64,000 bases of DNA, from assembly GCA_964234715.1 (NCBI GenBank), contig OZ174290.1. One strand, written 5' to 3'. Below the pieces are notes generated by a model. That model did no database searches and was not told the origin of the DNA. It worked only from the letters and a program-made list of their open reading frames with translations. Below are positions 13,710-24,744 of the stretch, one piece after another. Position 1 is the first letter of the stretch. Every line of letters starts with the position of its first letter. The position numbers were made by a program, and so were the translations under genes. The stretch comes from Podarcis melisellensis (taxonomy: Eukaryota).

Positions 13710-15379
13710 TTTTCTTATGTATCAAATAGATGTCATTCACAGGATTCATTAGTTCATATTTTATTTATTTTTTTAAAAAACTATTTATATGCCTCCAATA
13801 CATACAGTATAACATGGAAGTGTGGAACAGTGCATACAACATAACAGTGCATACAAGTATAAAACACGATGAAAACAGTACAAAATGATCATTAAAATGA
13901 TATATACCACAGACATTTTGTCTAACAGACATTTTGTGCAAGTTTGTATGGAGCACATAATTTGGCTTCCTAAGAATGCCAACTTTCATCTTCAAAAAAA
14001 TAAAAACCCAGCCTTTGTTGGTTACAAAGCGTATACATGAAAGTATGTGAACAATGCCTGGTAATCTCAGAAGCTGAGGAGTGACAGCAAGACACCAGTG
14101 ATTATGGAGTTGCATAATGTAGTCAGGAGCTTGGGTTACCTCCTTGTAGAATTTAAGATTATTATTTTTTTCAAGCAAAGGGTACACGCGGGCATTGCAA
14201 AGCCCAGCAAAACTCTACAACTCTATAATTCTTTATATATGAATGAGTCTACTATTTTTATACCTGATGCATGGGTGATCAAAGGAAGGCACTGCAATTT
14301 GTTGACTATTTCGGTTTATGAAGTGTGTTGTTGCATGATTAATGTGTATCCCAATAATTTTTGAAATGGAGAAATGTGACACTCTCATATAGTTTTTTTA
14401 GCGTTAGGCTTTAGAGTTTTAAAATCTGATAAAGCAAATACAGAAGTACTCTTTGGCTGAAGCTTAATTTGGCAGCATCTGCTAAAGAATTAAACATGCT
14501 CCCACTAGTAGAGAACTGAAAATGATAAATGTATGCATTGGGGGGGAAAGACCTTCAAAACAGTCTTTCATAATCAGAAAACATTTTTTTTAAAGGAAAA
14601 ATAAATCCCTGGAATGCCTTCTGATGTAGTTTATTTATAACCAGTGCATTAAAGTGAAAAAATGCTGAAAGGGTCTTAAGTGGCAGACTGCTCTTGAAAT
14701 ATTGCCTTATTTAAATAGTGGGATTATTCAAATTGATTTGTGGGGAGGACAAATAATAATATTTGTAGTTGATGCACTTAAAAGCATTGAACAGAACTGG
14801 AGAGGAGAATTATATATGGAGACATGGAGGGGCTGAGTGCTCAACCAATATTTCTCTCTTGAATGCTCTCCCTACCCATAGGTGCATGTTGGGACAGTCT
14901 GCTTAACCGTAAGTATGCAAGGAATGAACCTTACCAGTTCCAAAAAATGAATTGCATTGTTTGTGAATGTGCCTCTTCAGACTGCAGGTGGGAGGAACAG
15001 CATTTTAAATGCTACTATACATCAAGAGCTCCTTGTCAAAAGGAAAACAGAACTAGAGATAAAAGGCTGGGTTATAGGCTGGTTTTCTATTTGCAGGGAA
15101 TTATTTTTAAAAATATGTAAACTTGTTATTCCCCCACCTATCAACTGAAATGTTGTGGTTATTGTGCTGTATGTGTTATACCCAAACTCTGATCAGGAAG
15201 CGTTAGGATTTTTCCCACACCTTGTGGTTCCTTGGTTTCAGAGATTGCACTGTGCTTTTGACATGGGATGGTTTTGTTGTGGTTCAAGCAGAGGCAAGAG
15301 CTACATGCCTAAATACACACATTTCCCCCTCAGCTTTTGTCAAGGGCAGATAGTCAAATATTCCCAGAAATGATAGACA

Positions 15380-15748
15380 TTGTGGGTGTTATTTGACATT
15401 GTAGAACATATTCTTTTCTGTTGTCCATTGTACAACCAGCTATACAAACGCGTGCTGTCCCCCCTTTTGAGTAGTCTAACATCCTGGCAATATGAAAATA
15501 TCAGATTCTATGTGTCTGACATTAACCCGGAAGTAACTGCAAGGGGGGCTGAGTTTTTGTCAATAGTATTTCTTAGAGTGGCGAATGGCACTATTTAACA
15601 GGAAGAAATTCCAATGAAAAACCTGGTTATTACATATTTTACATGGCTGTTTATTTGCATATATTTAATTTTTTTTATATATGGAAGTTTTATGATGGCG
15701 TATATTTGTAATGCCCAATAAAAGTCTGGCGAAGTAAGTAGTAGTAGC
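15380..15748 (+). mobile_element. Non-LTR retrotransposon 3' fragment (ORF2 C-terminal zinc-knuckle remnant, clade uncertain)
   Basis: Translation DIVEHILFCCPLY matches the E-H-hydrophobic-x-C-P-x-Y end of the LINE CCHC knuckle. Followed by AATAAA (~15717) and a short (AGT)n tail. Confidence 0.55.
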
Positions 15749-16101
15749 CTAAATGCACTTATTACAGCATACGCTGCTTTAATTCTGGAGGCAACTTGGG
15801 CGTGATCATTCCTCCTTGTGTCGCATGCTTCAGTGGTCAGGGCATTGTTATGACGGAAGGGTGGAGGTGCATAGCTTGTATGGCATACCTTACCTTAGGA
15901 AGTGACATACCTTTTCTTGGGACCTTTGGGCTAGGGTCTCATTTGGGTTCATTCCTTTGTTCTAAATTTATGAAGTAGCTTTTGGAGAGTGTTGTCTGAT
16001 CAGATCATAAAGACCTCAGAGCCAGGGTGTACCAGGATGTACCAATAAGACATTGTGGCTTATGGTCACTACCAGGCATATTACTACTACTACTATTACT
16101 G

Positions 16102-16261
16102 CAGTCGTACCTCCGCTTACGTATCCCTCCTGTTACATAAACGGCAAACCTGGAAGTATATTTCCGGGTTTTTGCTGTGCGCGCATGCGCAGAAGCGCTC
16201 TACCACCGTGCATGCATGCGTGCACAGAAGCGGATCCCGTCCGCAACCGGAGGTACCACTG
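16102..16261. mobile_element. Short Tc1/mariner-type MITE related to subfamily B
   Basis: CAGTCGTACCTCCG ... CCGGAGGTACCACTG|TA. Shares ACCTGGAAGTA, TTCCGGGTTTT and GCGCATGCGCAGAAG with 2931-3169. Confidence 0.75.
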
Positions 16262-16265
16262 TACT

Positions 16266-16420
16266 AATTTGTATTATTTATACCCTAGCCCATCTGGCTG
16301 GGTTTCCCCAGAATAAAATAAAAACAGAATAATACATCAGACATTAAAAACTACCCAATACAGGGCTGCCTTCAGATGTCTTCTAAAAGTTGTGTAGTTC
16401 TTTATCTCTTTGACATCTAA
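16266..16420 (-). mobile_element. L2-type LINE 3' end fragment
   Basis: ATTTATACCCTAGCCCATCTGGCTGGGTTTCCCCAG is the reverse complement of the tail at 55281-55315. Continues with CAGGGCTGCCTTCAGATGTCTTCTAAA. Confidence 0.6.
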
Positions 16421-16515
16421 GTTTGTCTTAATCCCCTTTTGAAACCCATCTAAGGTTGTGTCTATCACTGCAACCTGTGGCACTGAATTTCATAACTGCA
16501 TGGTGTGCTGAAGTC

Positions 16516-16525
16516 CACACAGACA

Positions 16526-16590
<65 letters not shown>
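16516..16590. repeat. Compound microsatellite (CA)n(GA)n
   Basis: Directly visible. Confidence 0.95.
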
Positions 16591-16593
<3 letters not shown>

Positions 16594-18139
16594 CCCAAAC
16601 CTGCCTTTCCAAGGTCACCAGCATTGCAAGCCTCACATATTTGAAAAGTGTACGAATTTAGAGGCATCTGTTTGTATGTTCTTATGGTTTCCTCCACCGT
16701 GACACAGACCAACCATGTTTTAAAGATAGTCTCGATAAGCATTTGGGAGTCGAGGATGAAGATTTTATTGGCTTCTCTAAAAATGCAAACTTTAAATCCT
16801 GTGGAATCTTAATAAGAATCTGTGTTGCTTGTGACATTTGTACAAACCTTAAGCTTGAACAGCTTGATATGCAGAATTTGCTAGGCCCTTGTATCGTGCT
16901 TAGGTTGAACTAATGATTTAAAAATCCTTACAACTGCTCCTCATTACCTCGTACATCAATAAAGACGCGGTGGCTGGTTTGTTGCATAGAGTGAGAGCAG
17001 ATAAAGCAGTCTGCACTTCAAAATATTAATCAACTCAGCCACCGTCAGGTATTGGAACATTTTCTGGAGGGAAAAAAGGCTTAAATAGCTCTGCACCCTT
17101 AGATGTGTTGGTGTGTGACAGCTGGTTCCAGTAATTTGGTTTTATAGGGCAGTTTGTTGTAAACGAATGACATGTTGACTATTTTACCACGATTTCAGAT
17201 TATCTGAAGAATATTTTCCGGTTTACTAATTGGTAGCTAATGCTGAGTACATTGATGTTGACATGAGTAAATGGATTTAAAATGATTTTGAAGTGAGCTT
17301 CATTAGAAGATGCTCTAATTCAGAGTCAACAGGAAATGTCAGCCATTATGCCTACACTTGTTCTCACATACCAGATTGTGGCAATACTGTGATTCTTTCC
17401 CCTACATATCTTGGCATACATGCAGGTCATTGATATCCACAGTATATCTTGCTCAAAGGTGATGTGTATCCTTTTCCAGTAATCAAAAATTAAGTATAAG
17501 CATTAGAAAACAGGAGTTAATGTAAATGCCAGGGAAAAACATTGTATGCTAAGCATTGCAGATGATTTTCCTCAACTTGTTGGAATGTTTTTTCTTTTCT
17601 CTTTCGTTTATTGTGTGGAGTGATGGAGAAGCTCACATAAACCTTTTGATAAGACCCCAACTTATCCATAATACTAAGGTGTAACCTTAGCTGCATGACA
17701 GTTGAGTTGGCTGTGGCCTGATCTTTCCAACATCAAGATAAACAGTGGGAATGCTGTGCTTAACTACCAGTGTATGTATTCTTAGGAAGGAGCCCTGAAT
17801 GGATTACAGATTCCCAAAGCGTGTATATGGAAATCTTACAAAACACTTTGTATTTGCTAGAAATGAAGGTGTACCTTTGTGCAACATGTCTGTGGCATAT
17901 TGAGCTGCTTTCTGTAAATGAAGATTCTGGGTCCCGGTATGAAGTCAGCAAAAGTGATTCTGCTGCAAGGATTGCCTAAACTTTGTTCTGTTTTGAATTG
18001 GCATAGATCTTGCACCAAAGGCTCAGGAAATAATTTTTAGAGCTCTGTGCAGGATTAAAGAGCCATCATTTCAGTGTCCAGTTTTGATGTAGCAAATAAA
18101 AAAGCTAGAAGAGTGTTTATAGGAAAGTTAAACGATAGC

Positions 18140-18520
18140 AAAGGTCAGAGGGCACAAGTCAAGTGAAGAGACCGAAGACTGGAGTCTTCTTACTTAGGAA
18201 AGATCTGCGGCAAGATTTAGGTGTGTGGGAGAGGGCATTAAATATCTGTAAGGCTAAGAAGGAATGAAGCACTCCTTTTCCCCACAGTTGATGGAAGGGC
18301 AGAATGAGATGGGTTTTAAGGTGCAAAATCATTAGCGGTAAACTGAACCTTATGAAAACCTGTAATAGTAAAAACAGAGTGAAACAGGATGCCCAGGGAT
18401 AGAGAAGCTGTGAATCCAATTACTACAGACTTTTAAGAGACTTGTGCGGGTTGCTGTAGGTATTCAGTGACTCAGAGGAGGAGACCCCTGATCTTTTCCA
18501 TTTCTAGGTTGCTCTGTGAG
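18140..18520 (+). mobile_element. Ancient, heavily decayed CR1 ORF2 C-terminus and 3' end
   Basis: Degenerate blocks occur in the expected CR1 order: GAGACCGAAG..CTGGAGTCTTCTTACTTAGGAAAG (ERLKELGLFSLEKR-like), TTAAATATCTGTAAGG (FKYLKG-like), GGGCAGAATGAGATGGGTTTTAAG, GAAGCTGTGAATCC. Ends in ..TTCCATTTCTAGGTTGCTCTGTGA. Confidence 0.5.
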
Positions 18521-18830
18521 GTCATGCCCAATTATAAAGCAAAGCATTGTGTTGGCAGATTATAAGGTGAACTGTAGTTTCCAGAACTGATGACATCAAG
18601 ATCTGGAATTGAGAATTGGACTAGTACACTGTAGGATAAGACCCCAACCAGACTGCAAGTCACACTGTGGTACATTTCGTGGATCCATCTTTGTGCAGCA
18701 GCTCTTTTTACTGAGATCCTCTCCATAACTTAAAAGTGTTTGGCACCAAGCAATATGCTTTCAAAGCTTGTTATAGACAGTACTTGTTGGTATGAGAGCA
18801 GTTGTCATGGGTCAGGTTGGTAACTGCTTA

Positions 18831-19066
18831 GCTGGTACCTCTAGTTACAAACACCTCAGGTTACAAACGCTTCAGGTTACAAACTCCGCTAACCTGGAAG
18901 AGTCACCTTGAGTTGAGAACTTTGCCCCAGGATGAGAATGGAAATCGTGTGCTAGCGGCGCAGCGGCAGCAAGAGGTCCCATTAGCAGAAGCATACCTCT
19001 AGTTAAGAACAGTTTCAGGTTAAGAACCTCCGGAAAGAATTAAGTTCGTAACTAGAGGTACCACTG
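18831..19066 (-). mobile_element. Tc1/mariner-type MITE related to subfamily A, inverted orientation
   Basis: TGGTACCTCTAGTTAC ... GTAACTAGAGGTACCACTG|TA. Internal GTTAAGAACAGTTTCAGGTTAAG and CCCATTAGC are reverse complements of subfamily A blocks. The left TIR is damaged. Confidence 0.85.
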
Positions 19067-19149
19067 TACAAGAAGAGTTGCCATACGTGCTAGACAATGA
19101 ATCAGCCTTGAGAAAAAATAGCAAAGTGGCTAAATTTACTGGCTCTGAA

Positions 19150-19305
19150 ATGGTGAAATAGTTAATGCTGGACTAGCACCTGGGAGACCAGGGTTCAAAT
19201 CCCCACTGGGTGACCTTGGCCAGTCACTGACTCCCAGCCTAATCTAACTCACAGGGTTGTTGTGAGAATAACATGGAAGAGAGAACCATGTATATCACAT
19301 TGGCA
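19150..19305 (+). mobile_element. tRNA-derived CORE/MIR-like SINE, older copy (Squam3-like)
   Basis: B-box GGTTCAAATCC followed by CORE-like CTGGGTGACCTTGG..AGTCAC and CTCACAGGGTTGTTGTGAG. Confidence 0.7.
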
Positions 19306-20144
19306 GCAAGGTGGGTAAGTGTAATTAGATTGTTCTGGTGGGTGGTGGTGGTGATAATTGTGTAACGAGAATGAGTGACTGTATACAAGGTAAATAACTG
19401 TAAGGGACTCTGGTTCAACATAGCATTCTCATGCCCATTTCTTGGATCTATTTGATATATTTGGTCATAGTCTTCAAAGTTTCATGCTGCTAATCAAAGT
19501 CTGCTTGGGTTGCATAATTGGGAGTGCCACCACAGGCACAAGGCATAACTATTCGTTTTTGATACACCATTTGAAAGCCCTAGTAAGTGTAGTGCAGGGA
19601 GAGGAAGAATTCTGCCTATTGCTACAAATATGCATTTTGGAAGAGTGAGATTATTCATGGAGGAGGTGAGCTCTGCTTGAGAAGCACTGCTGTCTTGTCA
19701 TTCTCATAATAGGAGGGTAGGTGAGATCAGACTGTGTTAATAGTGTCTGCAAAACATGAACATCCTACTGTCAGAAATTGGTGTTATGCTGAGCTGGTGC
19801 CTGACTTGGCAAGCAAGAGTTCATGCTAAAGCCTTCTAACTTCAAGACGAATGCTAGAGTCTCTCTGCTCTTAGTTAAATGATGACACATTGCTTACCAT
19901 CAATCCAATTCCTATTCTCCAGAATTTGTAGCTTAAAGGGGAGTTTTTTGTGGAGGGTCCGCCCTCAGATAGTGACCATGAGATTTGAATAATAGCTGTG
20001 GTAATGCTCTTGAACATTTCAGGTCATTGAACTGCAGGCTTGGCCTTATTAATTTGCAAGGATAGGGTGGTGGTAGTCTGCAAGTAGTGTAGTATCCTTC
20101 CTTAAGCACCATCTATCTCATCTCTACCTCCAAAATCAAGAATC

Positions 20145-20450
20145 TAGGGATGAACAAATGTGCCTATTTCAGTTTCTCATTTTTCCAATCTCAAGTTCAG
20201 TTTGCCACAGTATTGTGCCGGTGTCCAGGTTTTTTTTTTAAAAAAAAGTCCTCACAAAAGCTAATCTGCGTTCCAGTGCACATTATCCTAATATGCATTG
20301 TTTTGCAAGCAACTTTCAGTAATATAATGCATTGCTCTACACATTTTTTGGTGGGAGAGAGCTGCATCACAAAATTTGGAGAAGTGTGAATTTTGATGGA
20401 TAGCTGTGTTTCAGTTTGTGTTTTATTTCAGTAACTGTGAGTTGGGTAGA
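20145..20450. mobile_element. Probable old non-autonomous DNA transposon (copy at 34317-34622, relative at ~48420-48757)
   Basis: Starts CTAGGGATGAACAAAT. Shares CACAAAATTTGGAGAAGTG with 48648-48667 (CACAGAATTTGGAGAAGTG). Confidence 0.4.
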
Positions 20451-21550
20451 ACAGAACCCTCATGTGAAATGGTCACAGTCTGTATCTTAACCATATACTG
20501 TACCTCATTTCCAGGCAAATAAAATAGTTTCTAATGCTATGTTAATACTAGCCATAAAACATTTAATTTGTCATGGAAAAATACCATCCCCACCGTGATC
20601 TGGAGAGCCCCTTCTTTTACTTTTTAAACGTATTTGGGAAATATTTCTACTTCAGCTTTCTTTTTTAATGTATGAAGTTGCTCCGATAATCGGCTGCACT
20701 ACATGTTTTAAAAATCACTGCTCCTAAATCTTCTCTGTTGTCAAAAATGTTTGGATTGTTGTGTATTTAATTTTGTTGTTGGCTCCTAATACTTTGTAAG
20801 ACTTCTCTAATGCACAACCAAATATACCAAATTTTATAAAAAACAAATACCTTAATACATGAAAAATAGATAAATGCTTGTATTTGATATGCATATAAAA
20901 ACAAGCATGTTCTGGCTGAACACTGATTGTCTTCAGTAGTATAAAAGTCAAACACAAGTTCTTGTGTTTCATACAGAAAACAAGCATCTTGCCTTCATAT
21001 TTGCAATCAGTGTTACTACTTGTATGTGGGCAGTATTGCCCACCTTTGACATGAGTGGATATATTTTATCATGCTTGTTGTCTCCTAGAATGTTGAACGA
21101 AGAAGTGTCCCAAGCAAAATTGGATTGTACTGCTAAGGTCTCTAGCATTTCATAAGTATGGCACTTGCCCATATAGGAATCATTTTGCTCCAACTCCTGG
21201 GCAGCTTTGACTAGGCAATGCCAGGACCAGTGCTTATACTGACCAGTGGTGTTGAATTGGGATGCCCTTGCCCTTGATATTGTGCTACGTTTGGTGGTAA
21301 AGTTTTCCATGTTACAGCAGAGAAGATGCTTGCAATGGCAATGTAATGTTAATTATAGTTTGTTAACCATTGCAGATACTGGTCAGTAAAATTATGGCCC
21401 TTAGTCACTCCAATAAGTCAGGTCGGGGGCTATATTTCCTACCCTGTATTGTAATAGCCTTGTTCCCAGTTGTTGATTGTGTGTGTGCTTGTGTATGTTT
21501 GAGGGAGAAGATACAGAAGCACCTCCAGCTTCAGCCATACTTGGTATTAA

Positions 21551-21604
<54 letters not shown>

Positions 21605-21650
21605 ACAAACAAAAACAAACACAAACACAAACACAAACAAACACAAACAC
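21551..21650. repeat. (AAGC)13 followed by (AAAC)/(AAACAC)n
   Basis: Directly counted. The duplicate at 35723 has (AAGC)10. Confidence 0.95.
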
Positions 21651-22549
21651 GGAATGTGTCAGTGGGGTTCCTTAAGTGCACTATTGTATAAGTCTGTTAC
21701 GTTTTAATTGAACAGCCTTTCTGAAGATTCAGAAGATTTGGAGGAATGGCGAGAGAACACACTAAGCAGGCATTTTTTTCCAGCGAACTGTGACTTGCTC
21801 TTCTTTCTGTTTGTTGATATATTCATCTTAAACAAAGTGCTCATTTTGTCCCTGTTCACTCTATGTTTGCTGCACTTCTGGTCCATTTCCTGTCTTGCAC
21901 TTAACACTGCCCAAGCCTGGCTGGAAGATGTTTTGTGCAGTGGAATAAGACTAATGTGTTAAATATTTAACATTGCTAATTGATTCAATAGGAAGGAAAA
22001 ATGAGCAGCCGGAGCTTGCCTGGAGCTGTGGTCAGCACTCTTTTTTCTCTTAAACTGCTGAGAAAACAGTAACTGTGCCTCTTGGATGTGCCAAGCCATT
22101 GTGATGGGGCTGGAGGCCAGGGCTGGGTCATTTCATGCGGAGGCGCTGGCAAATTTCTGATGCCCTTGGCGGAGATGTGGAAGCTGGAGGTTGAGGAGTA
22201 GGTGTGTTGGTCACCCAAGAATGACCTTGGGGTGCTTGTGTTGTGTAGGTGAAGGAATACAGAGGAGGTCTTTCAACAATTCAGAAACACTGAAGCAGTG
22301 CCAGTGGCTCTTCTTGTGTGTATTCCCTTACACCTTAAACTTGGTTCATGCTTTGAAGACAACTGGCCTCTCTGACCTTGATTACCATATCTCCTTGACC
22401 CTGAATTACATCGTCTGTTACTGCCGTAGCATTTTGATGTTGTGCTAGGTGATGAGAAGCCTCCAACTCTTCATTTCTTTGCCTCACTGACCTCAAAATG
22501 CAGAGGGAAATCCGATAGGATTCTTCTGCTGGATTAGGCTGATTTTATT

Positions 22550-23078
22550 TGACGTCTCCGCTTTGCATCGTTGCTGCCTTTAGCTACATCGTAACCTTCT
22601 TGGACTGCTGACAAGAGGAGTGTCCGTCAAACACCCCAGCTGTTGGCTACCTCTGCCGTTGGCCTGCACAGCATTGGTCAACCTCCTTGTTTTTTCATTT
22701 GCTTCATGCCCAGGTTACGTTTCCTTGTACAGTACATCAGAAGTAGGATGATGTTGTAGGCTGCCTTGAACTTGGAGGCAGGCTATAAATATTGCAGTAA
22801 CTTGCAGTATATCTTTGCATATAGAGAGGAATCTGGCCGTGGAATTTAAAAATGTCAGGCTCTTAGAGCAAACAGACTACCTAGTTTTCCATGGGTGCTG
22901 CAGGTAGAGGAGAGGATGTGTTGCCACCATTTATCCATCTGTTTAATGAATTTCTATCCTGTCTTTTTTTCCTTTTAAATGTTTTGACAACATGGACGAA
23001 AACGATGGGGTTTGATTTTGCTACATTATATTTCCTAAATAAATGAAATCCAAGACTTTTGTGACCATGGAGGTAAGT
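22550..23078 (+). promoter_or_regulatory. Candidate promoter plus first exon ending at a consensus splice donor (copy at 36710-37238)
   Basis: TGACGTCT at 22550, ATTGG at ~22673, TATAAATA at 22784, ACCATGG at 23064-23070, AG|GTAAGT at 23072/23073. Motif evidence only. Confidence 0.3.
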
Positions 23079-23216
23079 ATTCACATGCAGTCTGGCTTTA
23101 GAATGTCTAGTGTGCTAGATGCCAAGATGCTGAATTTGAAAAACTTTGATATGAAGGTGCAACAGCTAGTACAATTTGATTTAACGGGCTCCATTCTAAA
23201 GCACTATAAAATCTTT

Positions 23217-23666
23217 GTTGTTCTTGTTTAGTCATTTAGTTGTTTCCGACTCTTCGTGACTCCATGGACCAGAGCACACCAGGCATTTCTGTCTTCCACT
23301 GCCTCCTGCAGTTTGGTCAAACTCACGCTGGTGGCTTCGATAACACTGTCCAACCATCTCATCCTCTGTCGTCCCCTTCTCCTTGTGCCCTCAATCTTTC
23401 CCAACATCAGGGTCTTTTCCAGGGAGTCTTCTCTTCTCGTGAGGTGGCCAAAGTATTGGAGCCTCAGCTTCAGGATCTGTCCTTCCAGTGAGCACCCAGG
23501 GCTGATTTCCTTCAGAATGGATACGTTTGATCTTCTTGCAGTCCATGGGACTCTCAAGAGTCTCCTCCAGCACCATAATTCAAAAGCATCAATTCTTTGG
23601 CGATCAGCCTTCTTTATGGTCCAGCTCTCACTTCCATACATCACTACTGGGAAAACCATAGCTTTA
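23217..23666 (-). mobile_element. 5'-truncated Bov-B (RTE clade) LINE with intact ORF2 C-terminal frame
   Basis: The ORF at 23228-23659 encodes MVFPVVMYGSESWTIKKADRQRIDAFELWCWRRLLRVPW...LVHGVTKSRKQLND, a typical Bov-B C-terminus. (CAA)n-like tail. 11-bp TSD ATAAAATCTTT at 23206-23216 and 23667-23677. Confidence 0.95.
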
Positions 23667-24020
23667 ATAAAATCTTTAATGTACCTTAAACTGAGCCTGG
23701 GTTTGGGTTTGGGCGTGGTTTAAGTGGTGGCTTGTGTTTTATGACTCCTGTAATTTTTGAGTATTTGCAGCCCATGAAAATATTAAATAAAAGTGATTTG
23801 TGAATGCCAGGCCATTTAGGTTAATCTTCACCACATTGTGTTTGCTGGAAGGTGGAGAACTGAGCTGGAGAGACTATGATTGCTTCAAGGTTGGTTGTGA
23901 AGCAAAGGGCTGCTATGAAGTGTGTGTGTGAGAGTAACATACACTGAGAGGCTTTTCTCAGGTCAGGAGGACATTTTCATATGCTGACAAGCTCTAGTGG
24001 GGAGTTGTATTCACCTCTGG

Positions 24021-24132
24021 CAGCAAAAAACAAAATTTGTGGCACCATAAAGATAGAGCAGATTTATTGTAGCACAAACTTTCATGGGCATAAGTATTCA
24101 TGGGCGAGTACCTGCTTCATCAGAAACATGAG
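24021..24132 (-). mobile_element. Penelope-like element 3' terminal remnant with a decayed hammerhead motif (copy at 38181-38292)
   Basis: The plus strand reads TGTGGCACCATAAAGA..CAGATTTATTGTAGCACAAACTTTCATGG...CTTCATCAGAAACATG, resembling the recalled reptile Penelope terminus. The minus strand has CTGATGA...GAAA. Confidence 0.6.
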
Positions 24133-24176
24133 GTCGCCACCTAGGTGGGTTTTAGGTACTGGGTCTCTACTCTGGT

Positions 24177-24353
24177 GTGGTCAAAGAGAAGAAACACCAT
24201 GGTGCACCTGTAGCAGGAAAACCAGATACCTTCATCTGCCCCACCTGCAATAAAACATGTCTTTCTCATATCAGTCTCTACAGCTACAGCCGGTGCTGTA
24301 ACCCTTCAATGTGCACTCTTCCATTGTCTCCTGAGGCAAACAGATGCCAACAA
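24177..24353 (+). mobile_element. RTE-clade (non-Bov-B) LINE 3' fragment with C-terminal zinc finger (copy at 38337-38513)
   Basis: FICPTCNKTCLSHISLYSYSRCC resembles the RTE C-terminal CxxC...SRIGLxSH motif. The 3' end reads CCATTGTCTCCTGAGGCAAACAGATGCCAACAA. Confidence 0.7.
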
Positions 24354-24387
24354 TATCCTTTTGTCTCTCTATCCTTAAGTCTCCATG

Positions 24388-24744
24388 CCTAGTGTCCAAA
24401 CTGCAGGTTCAGACCAATGGGGTGGCTCTCCAATGCTGCTGGAGCAGCAGCAGCAAAGTGCAGACCCTCCCCGGAAGCCCCCCTTACAAATAAATCCAGG
24501 ACTAGAGCAGATGGTTCAGGATTGTTCCTGCCTCATGGCTCTTCTAATATATATACATGCAACTCCCAATTTTCTCATGGGTTATGGTCCAAGGCACCAC
24601 ACTTTTAAATGAAATCACGTATGTGTGAAGCACCTTTGAGAAGTCTGCAAACACCCCCGGCCCATTCTGCCTCTTTTGGTGATGTTTTGGGGTCACTTCC
24701 AGTTTTGGTGTGATGCGCAGTCATGCACATATTGGACACTCCTA
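24388..24744. mobile_element. Possible old hAT-type MITE (copy at 38548-38904)
   Basis: Inverted 9-mers AGTGTCCAA (24391) and TTGGACACT (24732). Confidence 0.35.

Noticed and set aside
21370-21707. QASK/KQTQT repeat proteins
   Set aside because: Translations of the AAGC and AAACAC microsatellites.
23228-23723. 143-aa and 155-aa ORFs (and copies at 37388-37883) as host genes
   Set aside because: They are the Bov-B ORF2 C-terminus and its antisense frame.
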